DNA from: Ionaspis alba
Lineage: Eukaryota
Direction of reading: 5' to 3'
Assembly (NCBI GenBank): GCA_964255285.1
Contig: CAXUUL010000031.1
Span: 1 to 55,434, forward strand
DNA: 55,434 nucleotides
Shown here: positions 1 through 12,761 of the stretch, piece after piece
How positions within the stretch are numbered: the stretch's first letter is position 1
How the letters are laid out: each line of letters begins with the position of its first letter
Program-made: the position numbers and the translations under genes
The notes under the pieces: model-generated
The model's database searches: none
What the model was told of the DNA's origin: nothing
Seen by the model: only the letters and a program-made list of their open reading frames with translations

Positions 1-72
1 CATAGCCCATCTCATCTCGTCCATTGGCATCTGATAGCAGTAGCAAAGACAGCTGTTGTCCAACATTCATTC

Positions 73-2069
73 TCATTCGAAATCCTCGTCCAACTTCGCA
101 AGTTGGCGCTGTCGGCGAGATCAGCAAAGCGCACCAAATACAAACAACTTATTTACCTTATATTCGCCAGCGAACCTCTTCCTCTGCTCAATCGATCGCG
201 ACTTCTCTGCTTTCTTTAGCTCAAATTCCGCACGCAATGCATCCTGCTTGCTCATGAGAACCAAAATTGGGCCGAACATGATTGCCACAAATACCTGACG
301 ACAACGGAAATCACCAATTGCCTCTTGTTCCTCCCGTAAAGCACGTTCTTCCTCTCTTGCCAGATAGGACAGCTCCGCCTTCATCTCTTCCACGCTCAAC
401 TTGCGACGTTTCAGCATGTTAGGACTACTATCATCGATGGCTAGCGTGTCTAGATTTCCAGAGTCCGCATAAACATCGTCGACAATTCTTTTCAATATGG
501 TGTGATTTGGCTCAGTGCCCGAGGTACCGACGTCCAGATGTTGATCGCCAGAATTGACCGGGAGGTCGCACCGGCTTTGGCGGCGTGTAGGACTGTCCAC
601 GTGTACTTCCTCAGGTCTAATGGCTGATTGGCTGTTTTCGTCGCTTGTAGTAGCTGGAGTTTGTGGACATGAAAAAGAAACACTAGAAACCTCAACTTGT
701 GGGGTAGGAGTTCTAGGCGGAAAGCTCGAGAACTCAATCCTCTCTTGTCCTGGAGAGGTTTTGAACCTTCGAGAGCCTATCGCACTGTTGCTTTCATTTC
801 TGTTCGTACTCCACAGTGTTTGTGGTGGTTTCCCACCTATACCATCATCGCCTTGCGTCATTGCTAATGGCTGCCTTTGCTGAGCAGTAGTACAGCTATT
901 CGGCGTATCGTTCTGTCCATTCGCCTCTGGTGCTGCACGTGCTGCTGTGAGTCGAGGAACAAGGAAGTTTTAATCTCCCACGTCAGTGGACAAAGCTTGT
1001 TCTCGTGGAGCCTAAATTGACAAGGACCTCTCCGTGTCGGGGTAGCTAGCGTTCTTGTAGGCTTTTTGGCTTTCTGTACCCGGTGAGTCCATACTTAGTA
1101 TCGATTCAGTCTCTTCATCGGAAGGAGAGCCTGGTCTGTCCGTTGTAAGTCGAAATGCCGGGTCAGGCACTATAATCCCAGCTTTCTGCAAGGCAGCTGA
1201 TTTGATGAGCCGAATTCACCAAACTTCTTCAAAGCTGGAGAAAACTTTGATTTGCCTCTGCTCCGGTAAAAGAATTTTTGTCCTCTCCAAGTGGAGAAGC
1301 CAGGCCGATTCCGATCAAACTTCCTGCGAATCGACTTCCTTGCTGACTCACTCAAGTACTCTTCGAATAGAAAGCTGGCTCTGCTTAGTCTAAGGTGCAC
1401 GATAGGATAGGGAAGCTACGAACCGAATATGCCTATCTGGTTCAGGGCCGGGAGTCCCATGTAGAGTGCCTAAGTCGTCCCAACCTGCGCGTCATCACAT
1501 GATAACACCTCAGAGGTGTGGTTAGAGGTACTATCTTGGGCGCGAAATATCCGCAGTTCGATCGCGCCGACGTCCGACTCTGCTCTAGACTGAAAGAATG
1601 TGGTTTGGCCTCCAAGAAGTTCAGTGGAGAGTTCCTGGAAGGTGAAGACGATATTGACTTACCCCAGGGTACTGCGTGGGCTGTCATGCGACCTCGATAG
1701 ATGGTCCTGCCGACATTGCCAATACTACTCTTAAAGTCACGTTTTCCTTTTCCATGACATTTTTTAAAGCTTGTCCTGGATTCTCTGAGAATGTCGTCCA
1801 CTAGAAGATCAATCTGAAATATCGCTGTTCCTGTTGCCCATTCTGTCTGGACGGTTATCGTTTCGCCGTCCTTGATAGCGATCCAGCACGAAATAATTTT
1901 CTTCGTGCGTAAGACTTCGTACTCTATACACTGTATGTCGTTGGCAAACACATTCGCTTCGACAAACGAGCAGCCTGCAATTCATGTAGAACGCATTGCG
2001 AATAAATGGCAGGCAGTGTTGTATTAAGTTACCACGCAATAGAGCACACCACCACAAGAGGGAAGGCAT
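73..2069 (-). pseudogene. Degenerate multi-exon gene resembling the fungal DUF7918-type family, with a long low-complexity region and a coiled-coil tail
   Basis: Manually spliced exons give ...IQCIEYEV..IISCWIAIKDGETITV...DVGAIELRIFRA...KFFYRSR/AALQKAGII, matching the family motif order as I remember it. Needs a frameshift near 1490 and has in-frame stops at 1012-1014 and 970-972. Confidence 0.5.
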
Positions 2070-2589
2070 TCAAGTATAACATTGTTGGGAAAAGTTTCGT
2101 GGTGAGGTTAGAGTAAAGTCGACATCTTTCATACGCTCAAAAAATAGCCCGAAAACGACTCCCCGTCTGCAAGATGTATGTACGGTACCTTGAGCCAAGA
2201 ATGCGTGGGCGAGTAAACAGTTCGTGCGAGGGAACTCGGTGTTCGAGTTCATTCCCTTTCAATCGCGACGTATGGTTTCTAAATTGTCAAGGAAGTGAGC
2301 ACCTCCAACGTCAAAGATAGTGCGATGGATGCAATGCCGGCGTATTGCGCTCGCGGGGTAGTCGTAGGAGACAGAATACGAACAGCCAGACGACAGGGAT
2401 GCTCGGAGAATGTGAAGATCATTGAGTCGAAACGCGAGCAGATACGTAAAGGGTGTCTCCAGTGAGGGACTGCTGACTCGCTGCTTACAATGCGGTCCAA
2501 TGATTATCCAGAGGCGATAGATCAAGGTACAGTTTCAGGCCGATGGGTATCATATTATGCAAATACTCTGGGGTGGAGAGATTCACAAT

Positions 2590-3159
2590 CTAAACGACAA
2601 ATCGAAAATTTTGGCTCTGAATGAGCCACTCTTTCGCAGGCCGCCGTCGAGTCCTCGAATTATGCGACTCAGGATTCGGCACGAGAACGAAACTCTCGCT
2701 GAAGCCTTTGGTCTCCGAATCTTTGATGGGGCCAACCTTCACAAAGCCACTGACAGCCACCAGTATGGTCATGTTCTGTCCGTCTGCACCGCTGCTCGAT
2801 GCTGTACCATCAGGTACGAAGTTCGGATTCAGCACCTGACAGTCGTACGACTGGACTTCATATTTTGTGGGTGGCATCTGATGCTCGAACATCTCCTGAA
2901 AAGCTGCTGCATTTGGAATGACATTGCCGTTGAAGACAATGGCTGGAAGTGGCTTTCCGTCAGGCATGGCGCTCTGAGGAGTGAAGAAAGACGCTATGGT
3001 GGATCGTGATGAGTCGAGTGCCCCATAGAACTTCTGGATGTGGATCTCCGCAACTACGGCAAAGCTACGGATCAGCGTGTGCGAACATAGATGAGTTTCC
3101 CTCGAATACCTACCATCCGTTGATACAGCTGTCATCAAGTCTTCTCGTATAGCAGGCAT
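2590..3159 (-). CDS. NXT1: NTF2-related nuclear export protein (NXT1/p15-like); one in-frame intron near 3055-3113
   Basis: NTF2-fold motifs QKFYGALD, IVFNGN, VQSYDCQ, VAVSG, GFSESFVL and WLIQSQNFRFVV. The ATG at 3159 is followed by a GTAGGT donor. Confidence 0.8.
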   Translation of the reverse strand: MPAIREDLMTAVSTDGRYSRETHLCSHTLIRSFAVVAEIHIQKFYGALDSSRSTIASFFTPQSAMPDGKPLPAIVFNGNVIPNAAAFQEMFEHQMPPTKYEVQSYDCQVLNPNFVPDGTASSSGADGQNMTILVAVSGFVKVGPIKDSETKGFSESFVLVPNPESHNSRTRRRPAKEWLIQSQNFRFVV

Positions 3160-3414
3160 GTCTGCTATGAATAGGAGGGATAGTCTTGGATTTGGGGTAG
3201 AGGGTGATCGTGACTTGCTGGTTATTAAAGCGAAGTTTGTGCTATTGAATTTGTTGGAACAGTAGAATGAAGATGAGGTTGATGGAATGTCGGAGCTTAG
3301 AAGCTTACTAACGGACTTAAGATGAGCTTTGTGGAGCTTGGGCCACACCTTAGTTCTACTGGAATCTTCGGCTCATATAGTCATGCGTTCGAGCAATAAT
3401 GTATTTCAGCTGGA

Positions 3415-5518
3415 ATGAAGCTTCGACCGGTGCTTAGCGCTTTTCAAAACGCAAGAAATAGACCACAAATTCCGTCTCTGTACGAATCGTTTCCGATTGC
3501 CCTCCATAAGAATGCTAGGCCAAGGCGAAACTTCTCGTCGCGACCATGTCTGCTGGAAAAGCCATACTATGTTACTACACCAATCTTCTATGTCAATGCT
3601 GGTACGAGAAGACGCCAAAAATTGAACGACCTAGACTAAATGGTGTATAGCGCCTCATATAGGTCATCTGTACAGCATTGTCCTCACGGATATCTTGAAG
3701 CGATGGCAGATTCTTCAAGGAAAGAAAGCTATACTGTGCACAGGAACGGACGAGCACGGCATGAAAGTCAGTCGGTCAGAGAAGAAACTCAGAGCTTCAA
3801 GCTGATCGCAGCTTTGATCAGATACAACAAGCAGCGTCAAAAGCAGGACAAGACGTGCGCTCCTTCTGCGATCAGAACTACAGAAGCTTTGAGGTGCGCC
3901 AGTTATATGATCTGCTGCGGAAATTATGCTAAAACGCTGAAGGATCTTGCTCGACAAGCGAATGTTAGCGCAGATCATTTCATCAGGACCTCAGAACCCG
4001 AACATCGATTAGCGGTTCAGCACTTTTGGGTTCGTCGGTGAGCCTGAGGCTTTTTCCAGTGGCTGGGAACTAATGAATCTGCCAGTTGATGCTCAAGGAG
4101 CGAGGACACATCTACACCTCAAAACATGAGGGATGGTATTCTATCAACGATGAGACCTTCTATCCACCATCAGCTGTGCAACTAACACTCGATCCCTCCA
4201 CTGGACGGAAATTCATGGTAAGACAGAAGATGGGCCGCAGGACCGCTCAATGTTGACACCAAATCAGGCATCCGTAGAGACGGGCCAAGAAGTTGAATGG
4301 ACGTCGGAGAAGAATTATCATTTCCGCCTTTCCACATTCAGAGACCGTCTGCTGGAGTTTTATGGAGCAAATCCAACTTTCGTGGTCCCGGCAACTCGAA
4401 TGGCGGAAGTAGTGCAAGCAGTGACAAATGGTCTAGAAGATCTCTCAATATCCCGTCCAGTTGAGAGGCTTACATGGGGTATACCTGTTCCGGATGACGA
4501 GACACAAACCATTTATGTTTGGCTTGATGCTCTGATAAACTACCTTACCAAAGCCAATTACCCCTTTCAGGTACCAGGAGAAGAGAATGCTGCCGGCTGG
4601 CCCGCAGACTGTCATGTCGTCGGAAAAGACATAGTAAGGTAAGTCCGTGGAGTATTCGATATGCTCGATGTATTGTCTCACGGTTTTCAGATTTCACTGT
4701 ATATACTGGCCCGCTTTTCTAATGGCCCTCGACCTCCCTCTTCCCCGGCAGGTCCTCACACATGCACACTGGACTATTGGTAGACTGAAGATGTCTAAGT
4801 CAAGAGGGAACGTCGTAAACCCATTCTTCGCACTCGACCGCTTCGGCGTTGACACAATGCGATATTATCTTGCTCTTGAAGGTGGCATCCGAGATGATTC
4901 TGACTACGACAACTTGTACATCATCGACAGGTACAAGAAGGGGCTCAACGGTGGTCTGGGCAATCTAGTCAGTCGTGTGATGCGTGGCAAGGGCTGGAAT
5001 GTGCAAAGAGCTGTCCAGTCCGCAGCTACCGGCCTTCAGCCAGCTGAAGGACTGTCCGCGGCAGAACATCGCGATCAACTGATGAAACTCCCCGAACTTG
5101 TGACAAGCAAGATGGAAGAGCTAGACTCGGGTGCGGCGTTGAAGGAAATTATGCGCGTCGTTTACAAGGCAAGATGTTCATGTCCAGGTCAACAGTATCA
5201 TGCTAACCTGAACAATAGACGAACCGTTACATGCAAGCAATGCAGCCATGGGATCTGCTTGGAACCGAAGACCAACAACCGTCGCTGGATTCAATCATCT
5301 ACCTCTGCGTCGAATCACTCCGCATCTGTGGCATCCTACTCCAACCATACATGCCTGACAAGATGAAGATGCTGCTGGACATGCTGGGGGTATCACAAGA
5401 CGCTCGAAAATATGAAAACACATTACTCGGCTCTGATCTGAGCTTTGGCAAGCCATTTATAGAGTTGGGAAAAGGGCGGGAAGGCGTCCTGTTTCCTCCA
5501 CTCCGTAGTGATTTCTAG
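3415..5518 (+). CDS. MSM1: Mitochondrial methionyl-tRNA synthetase; 8 exons (3415-3601, 3651-3766, 3822-3893, 3943-4029, 4086-4217, 4268-4638, 4691-5168, 5219-5518)
   Basis: [18 protein letters not shown] (HIGH motif), YVWLDAL, GKDIVRFH and KMSKS. The Arg/Ser-rich N-terminus resembles a targeting peptide. Confidence 0.93.
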
Positions 5519-5945
5519 CGAAACTTGCCCATGACCATCCCAGTGCAAATACCCACTGCGAGAGAGATCACGATGGTGTTCATGATCTTCAAACGTTTGA
5601 TCTGAGTCAAGATGTTGTGGTCGTGTTGCAGAAATCGATAGCGGGCATTAGCATCGTCCTTCATCTTCTCCAGCGTCCGAGCCTTGATGGCTTTAGCAAC
5701 GCTTGTATCTTCAATGAAATAAGACATCTGACATACCGTAGTCGCCAATTCTAGCGAGGCTTCTTTGACAAATTGCTGACGAGCACGAACACCTGCCTTC
5801 GTTTGTGCAACCTTCACATGTGAGAAACTCCATGGAAGACCTAGAGTGGACTTACATGAATACGTCGTTCTGCTTTCAGCACACGCTTCGTCCATCTGCA
5901 GCTATGAAGGCTCTGGATGATACCTCAGATATGGCCGAACTCATG
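5515..5945 (-). CDS. Hypothetical small protein with a C-terminal transmembrane helix (tail-anchored-like); 5' exon structure uncertain
   Basis: The open frame ends [19 protein letters not shown]. Upstream GTAAGT/GTATCA donors and CAG acceptors suggest several short exons. Confidence 0.35.
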
Positions 5946-6842
5946 CACGTATCGTCTTACCTTAGATGTCATCCGCTTCCTGATGCCATGGCGATTCTAA
6001 CGACATTAGTAAAGAAACAGCCCTTTCACTCTAGCAGTTATTACCCGGCTCATGCGCCGTCCCATGCGTTCCAGATCCTGACATGTCAGACACTAATCAT
6101 TTCAAAACAGTCTATAGAAATACCTTGGACGCTTCGACCAATGCAAGATTACGTGCAACCTCCATCTCGACGAGTGGATTAGCGAGTGTCTGAGATTTGA
6201 TGATTCGCGTTTGGTTGGCTTGTGATATTGAAGAAGATGCATCGATGTCGTAGCGGATCTAAAGAAAAGCCGGAATCCCCCGGTCAGCAAATCCACAACC
6301 GCTGAGTAAGGCCAACAAGGGAAGGGCAAGTAGATGTCTCGCCAGCAAGTAACACGATTGGAAGAATAACTCCTGATCATAATCAAGTGCATTGTGTGGA
6401 TGAAAGAAAGTACTGTGACTAATACTGCACGCCAGCATGGAGGAAGGTTCTCAACCGCAACGAAACGAGATGGGTGCAGCCAGTGTGGATCAACCGTCCC
6501 CTCACACAGGCTCAGGGTCCGAATGTAGTCTTTGTCCAGTGATTCCAACTGACATCGATCCCTGGGCGGGAAAAGGCTGGTGAGACAGGAAGAAGGGAGA
6601 GTTCAAACTTAAAATTCCTCTTGATCCCCGCTCCGAGCCCCAAACGGCCGCCGGCTGTCCATCAAACTTTCACGGAGAAGGTACCAACAGTCGATGCTGT
6701 TACGACTCGCGTGCTAGAATATGAACTTCCTTTCTGTGTCGAACACAAAGATTAAGATAGAGAGTTCTCAATTGAGAGTTCGTCTTCTGTGCTCACATCC
6801 CGCCCGTGCTATCATCTATTGACCAATCCGTAGCAGAAGGTC

Positions 6843-7328
6843 TTACAAAGCTTGAGAGCCTTGCAAGACCGGTGCTGAAAGAATGATGCACGATAGACGG
6901 CAGGAATCACAAAGACATAATTCAAGAACCAAAGCATGAAACTCCTCTCGACCAAAAGGTCGGCCGCAGTCACTTACTAATTGTTCTCTGATGCGCTCTA
7001 GCCTCATTAGATTTTGGTTTGAGAATCGCCAGTTGAAATACAACGCTTGACGAAGCTCATTCGGTGTGTCAGCTCCCTCACGCTTGTGGAAGTGTTGCAA
7101 GATTGAGACAAGGCAGTGGCGTAAGTATGTCTCATCAACCATGATCTCCATCCGTCCAGCCTGTTCAAGGACGTCAGAGTGGAACTCGTCTTTTAGATAG
7201 GCACGTAGCATCTTTGCGTCAAAGTTCCTGTAGTGAGGCTTGAGCAGGAAAGGTAGTTGGTAGCGTTGCTCGACGTCGACAGGCAAGCTACTGTTGGCAA
7301 GACGAGGTAAGTCCATGAGTGAAGCCAT
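6843..7328 (-). CDS. Hypothetical protein (first exon; likely continues after a GTAAGA donor near 6846)
   Basis: About 160 open codons with protein-like composition (MASLMDLPRL...ELCLCDSCRL). No family recognised. Confidence 0.4.
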   Translation of the reverse strand: MASLMDLPRLANSSLPVDVEQRYQLPFLLKPHYRNFDAKMLRAYLKDEFHSDVLEQAGRMEIMVDETYLRHCLVSILQHFHKREGADTPNELRQALYFNWRFSNQNLMRLERIREQLVSDCGRPFGREEFHALVLELCLCDSCRLSCIILSAPVLQGSQAL

Positions 7329-8720
7329 TTCAGAGGATGAAGATGAGGTAAAGAAGGTGGATCTGATCATATGAAAACAGAGTGAGCCATTATGATGGGG
7401 CACCATTGCAGAGAGTGTTGGACAAGTAAACAATAGACCTTAGCGTGAAATTTATGTGAGCAGCATAGCAGGGTAAGCTAACGTGACTTCCAAATTAAGT
7501 CATAGTCTGTCAACACTTAAGTCAAGTGTTGAAGAATACTATAACCAGATGCAAGTATTCGATGCACATGAGAGAGCTTCCTCTCATGGGGTACCTGAAA
7601 ACATGGAATTTCGGGATGCGGACCCAACGACTCTCAATGAATTTCAGTCGTAGTTCGCCCACAGTGAGTAATGTCATAAATTATATCGCACATGCTGACA
7701 TCACGGATGAAATAGAGAGATCATTCGCATCTACAACAGCTGTAATAACAAGTGCGAGAGCCTGCAGTGCTTGCATTGTATTGAAATCCTCGTTTGCTAG
7801 ACTCTGTCTTCAGATGCATCTTCAAGTCTGGGTGCGTTTCAACTTTAGCCACATGATACAGTATTGCCGCACAAGACAAGAGCGTTGCTACGAGAAAATT
7901 TCTTCTTGACCTACTACTAAAGATTCGAGAAGCCGCCCAGCGAAGAAACTGCCACCGTTCAACAAGGCAAGCTTTGAGTCCTTAGGGAGCATCGTGAATT
8001 GCGCAACAGCTCCATCATCAATCAGCGTGGTCTTTAGCCCCCTTCGAACGGTTACGGTTGCCAAACTCTGTGGGAATGAAGAGAGAGACCTCGAAGGGTC
8101 CTTCTCGTTTCCATAACTTGGAATTGTGGAGACAGCTTCCTTGACCATTAGGCGGCGCAGCAATCGATTCATTCATATATATGATGTCGATAGCGCGGGT
8201 ATCTAGGAGAGACTCGGTGAAGCTCAATTGTGTGTTCTTGATCAGATGATTGTCAAACGGGAGTGGTGGTCGTTGGTTGAGGATAATCATCTCTTGGCGA
8301 TACCTAGACGAGAAGACTATGATCTCCGTGAATAGCCGGTGTGAGTAAAACCTTATCGGAATAGGTTGTGATTTCCTTCAACCTTGACAGTATTTACGTT
8401 TATAAACATGACGCCCTGATCATACTCAAAGCTCATCCGGAAGACACCGCTGTGCTAGTTTTCCCCATTGGCGGTTGTGGCTCTTGAGTAGAATTCTTTT
8501 CCAATCCTCTTTAACACACAGTTCTGCCACCTGCTCCTGAGACCAGATTCTATGTTCATAGATTTTCATTGTTTCAATATTCGATTGGGCTCTCAGAGTT
8601 CCATTTCTTCGCAATAGCTCGGAACTCTCTTCCGAGAAGAGAATTTTTATGAAACCCTGGGTATAGGAACAAGCAAGAGACAGCACTGCCAAATTCCTTA
8701 GATATATTACATCAGTCGTC

Positions 8721-9776
8721 ATGGGCAGTCTAGGTAACGAAGAGTTCCCAAAGCCTTGGGTAGAGACTCCCCTTATCGAGTCTGCTGCTCTGTCGAAAGC
8801 CGCAGGATGCAGAGTCTTCCTTAAGATGGAAAATCTGCAGCCCTCTGGCTCGTTCAAGTCCCGTGCCGTAGGGAATCTTATCCTTCAAACTATACAGCGA
8901 AGGCCGCCTGGCACTCCTCTACACTTCTATTCATCCTCCGGTGGTAACGCCGGCATAGCTTCTGTGAAGGCTGCACATTCACTAGGCTACCCAGCTACAG
9001 TGGTTATCCCTGTGTCCACGAACCCAAGAATGAAAGCCAAGATCGTTGGAGCAGGTGCGACAGAGGTCATTCAAACAGGAGAGACTTGGCAGGAAGCTGA
9101 TCAATATCTTCGAGACGAGGTGATTGCAAAAGATCCCAATAGCATTTATGTCCCACCATTTGACCACCCGGATATCTGGGAAGGGGCGAGCGTGATGGTG
9201 GATGAGATAGCGAAGCAACTGAAGTGCAAACCAGACGCAATCATCTGCTCCGTGGGTGGTGGTGGTCAGTTCTGTGGTGTGATGCGTGGACTCGACAAAG
9301 CCGGCTGGGATGATGTATCCGTTCTTGCAATGGAAACACATGGCGCCGACTCGCTCAACAAGTCGCTGAAAGCAGGCGAGCACATCACCTTACCTGGTAT
9401 CACAAGCATTGCGACCTCATTGGGGGCAAGGCGCGTTGCCACGAAAACCTACGAGCACGGGCAACGTAAGAACGTTACCAGTGTAGTATTGTCAGATGCT
9501 GAAGCTGCCATGGGCTCCTGGCGGTTCGCTGATGATGAGAGATTTCTTGTCGAAGTTGCATGTGGAGTCTCGATTGCGATGTGCTATGATGGAAGATTGA
9601 AAGAGTACCTTCCAAAACTAACGAAGGACAGTAAGGTCGTTGTTATTGTCTGCGGTGGATCGAACATGACGATCGATATGCTGGTGGAGTATAGGAAGAC
9701 GTATGGGTACATTGAAAAGGTGGCTACGAAGGACACCGAGGTGCCGAGTACACTTAGCGCGCCACACGCGACGTGA
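8721..9776 (+). CDS. CHA1: L-serine/L-threonine dehydratase (PLP-dependent, fold type II), intronless
   Basis: LKMENLQPSGSFKSR (PLP lysine), SSGGNAG, CSVGGGG and IVCGGS. Confidence 0.92.
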   Translation: MGSLGNEEFPKPWVETPLIESAALSKAAGCRVFLKMENLQPSGSFKSRAVGNLILQTIQRRPPGTPLHFYSSSGGNAGIASVKAAHSLGYPATVVIPVSTNPRMKAKIVGAGATEVIQTGETWQEADQYLRDEVIAKDPNSIYVPPFDHPDIWEGASVMVDEIAKQLKCKPDAIICSVGGGGQFCGVMRGLDKAGWDDVSVLAMETHGADSLNKSLKAGEHITLPGITSIATSLGARRVATKTYEHGQRKNVTSVVLSDAEAAMGSWRFADDERFLVEVACGVSIAMCYDGRLKEYLPKLTKDSKVVVIVCGGSNMTIDMLVEYRKTYGYIEKVATKDTEVPSTLSAPHAT

Positions 9777-9969
9777 GCGTAATTACAAGGCATGGGTACC
9801 ACACTTTTAGGTGATTCAACCACACCTGAAGATATTGAGGGTATCATAAAACACCGGCTATCAATGACCACTAAACATGATTCCCAACCTCACCAAAAAA
9901 CAGGAGGAGAAAAAAACACCGCGCACTCCCCAGTGACCTGGTTCCCGCGCCATTGGATATGTCAGATAA

Positions 9970-11042
9970 TCATGCTCTAATCCCTCCTGTCTCTTTGCCC
10001 AACAATCCCTTCCGATACTCCCAGTAATTTTTCCGTATCGGATCATATTTTTCAGCCAACAATCCCAAGGCCCGCTCCGCCTTCTCTTTCTCTTTCTCCT
10101 GAGCCCAGATATCAGCCAGAAAGTCCAACGCATGACTACTCTTGACCTCATCTGCTTTATCCAAATCTGCAAACTCTCCAGCAAAACACTTCATGCCCTC
10201 CCACCCGTCATTTCTTTTCCTCAAGGCACCCCGTAGGTAGTTCCACGCCGACTGGTTCTGTGGCGCTTCCCATATCTTGCTCTTCGCAAACTCGATCTCT
10301 CGCTCCCATACGTCATTGGATACTGGGGACTCATCTTGATGCCCGAACACGACGAACCATCGATGGTTCCAAGCGCTATTGTTGCGCACGTCGGCGCTGA
10401 GGAGGGACTCGACGTAAGTGATTTCTGTGCTGGAGGGATTGGTAGACCAGAGGCCGAAATGTTGGACAAGCCATTGCCGGTAGGACCAGACGTGGTAGTT
10501 TTTGGCGTCCTTGGAGAGCATGCGGGCAAGAAAGGGGACTTCGTTAGTGGGGAGGGTGGGCAATTGGGACATGATTATTTGTCGGTGGTGCCTGCATAAT
10601 GTTAGAGGGAAAGACTGTTGATCCTTGGATGAGAGCAAGGGCAGGGACGGGCATACCATATCTGGTAATTCTTCAAGTGCTTTAGTGAGATCTTATTGAG
10701 CCACTCGAGCTCCTGTGATGGATCGCGCTTAAGAGTTTTGAGGGTTTGCGCTCTGTAGAGCCTATTGCCTCGCAACTATAAGCCCTGATATCAAATAAGA
10801 GTGCGATTCGAAATTGAAACTTACCAAACTGTGTAGTGCGCTGGGTTCATGCTGATGATATGCTCCGTAAGATCGAGCGCCCTTTCCGATACCTCGTTCT
10901 TTGCCATTACTGCGCGCAAGTAGGACATGGCTTCACTATACTCCTCGGTATATGCAATTGCTGCTAGAGGATTCGGACCGCCCTCATCTTGGGGAATGGG
11001 GACGACATCGGCCCATTCCTCGGTGCCTTCGTAATTACTCAT
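9970..11042 (-). CDS. RAM2: Protein farnesyltransferase/geranylgeranyltransferase-I alpha subunit; exons 11042-10825, 10761-10657, 10591-9970
   Basis: PPTA repeats NPAHYTVW, KNYQIW, DAKNYHVWSYR, DVRNNSAWNHR, PQNQSAWNY; ends DPIRKNYW. Confidence 0.93.
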
Positions 11043-11344
11043 TCTTTCGTACCTAGAGATCCTATTACGAAGCGCAAGTAGAGCTTCTGGTGCGACTAGC
11101 ACCTAGGAAAGATGAGGAGCTATGAAAAGAGGCTAATTATCTCATTGCTGCTCTAGGGCTTTGTAAAGCGAGGAACAATATCAATACAATAAGGTGTGGT
11201 CCAAGCTCGAAGTATTTATCATCACGCGCCTAATTCGCTTTCGCATCCGAAACTAATGCATTGCTCTAACCACATGCATAAACATTACATAACGTTATGA
11301 AGGCCCACGCACTCCCTATATATCCTCCTTCCCCAGTCGAGATA

Positions 11345-12761
11345 CTATGCTCTGGCCATTATTCTCGGTCCCACCTTCGCAATCCTCGCAGCGAGACAGA
11401 AAAGCGCAAAAATGACGAGTATGATAGCACACCAGGCTTGGAGGCCAGGCCACCCTCCCTGACCACGTAAGATGGCTCCAGCAATGGGCTCGCCTACCAA
11501 CGAGCCAAATCCAGCAATTACTAAGCCCATACCGAGCTGGATCCCTATCTTGCTTAGATCTGTCGACAAACTGATGACTGTGGAGCCTTGGAGAGATATG
11601 AACGTTCCGGAAAGAAAGCCGTATAGGGCACAGAAGGCCACAAGACCGGCTTTGCCTTTGATCCCGATCCAGCCGAAGCATAGTATAGCAGCTGCGAGAG
11701 CAAATGGTGTTTGGACGTTGAGCGGGCCTACCTTATCAGCAAGGAAGTTGGGCAGCAGCCGACCAAAGGTCGAGGTTGCATTGATGATGGAGAGGAGGTA
11801 CGACGAGAGTTCGATGTCGATGTCTGTTTGCTCTAGAGCATAGAGCTGGATATAGAAGAACACCACATAAACACTCAGGTAGCAGAAGAACGTGGCGGAA
11901 CTGAAAATCAGAAAAGGCTTTGCTCTGAAGGCAGCAAGATCCAGGAAATCACGCATCTTGGTGGACGGTGGCGTTCTTCGTCGCATTCCGAGCACCGGAA
12001 CCGCACATGTAACGAGAATGATGAAGGACATTACACGAGTGGCCCAACCAAACCCAATTCGTGGCTCGAGTTGACGGAAGGCAACGGGGAAGACGACACC
12101 TCCTACAGAGATTTAGTGATAGGCGCCACTGAATTTGGATGGACAACTCACCTATACTACCTCCCGTTGACACAATACCAGCAGCAAAGGCCTTCTTCGT
12201 AGTGAAATACTGGGGGACAATAGCCAAACTGGGAAGGAACAAGCAGGCAAAACCCAGACCGACCGTGACCCCTTGTGCCAAGAAAATTTGCCAATAAGCT
12301 GTGCAGAGGCTTGTCATCATCATGCCGAAGACGACGAAGAAAGTCCCAGAGACGAGCATGGACCGGAGGTACCCCATGTCAAAGAGTGGCCCCGACGCCG
12401 CAGCGCCGAACAACAACAGGAAGACTTGTGTGGAGCCTATCCAAGATATGTTGGACGGAGACTTAGCGCTTAAGAAACCAGTCTGGTAGAAAGTCTGAAA
12501 AACGCCATACGAGTTGACTACTCCCCTAGCTTTTGGTTCAGCCAAAGGCAACGTGCGCTTTCATTTCACCAAGCAAGCTCACCATGTATTGAAGAAAAGG
12601 AAAAAGGCTCCGGCTACTTGAAGCCACGCCTGGAAGCCTCCATTTGGGATCTCCGATTTCTCCGATATGGTTGTGGTCATTCCCTCTTCCGGCTGTTCTT
12701 CGAGATCAGTGCTACCGCCGTCATCCTGAGCGGTTGGTGGTTTAGTATTAGCCAAGGACAT
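11345..12761 (-). CDS. MFS monocarboxylate-transporter (MCT) family permease; 3 exons
   Basis: IPNGGFQAWLQVAGAFFLFFNTW, NSYGVFQTFY, SWIGSTQ, GPLFDMG, QYFTTKKA and GRLLPNFLADKVG. About 12 hydrophobic segments. Confidence 0.9.

Noticed and set aside
1200..1425. Four additional in-frame stops in the DUF7918-like gene
   Set aside because: They fall in introns or the wrong frame once the exon encoding FLFEEY...KFFYRSR is used.
7526..8330. Possible RIP-mutated gene relic on the + strand
   Set aside because: Stop density in the best frame is about what random sequence gives, and no family motif is recognisable.
8721..9776. Serine dehydratase as a member of the A-T/amidohydrolase cluster
   Set aside because: It is separated from the block by housekeeping RAM2 and looks like the ordinary catabolic enzyme.
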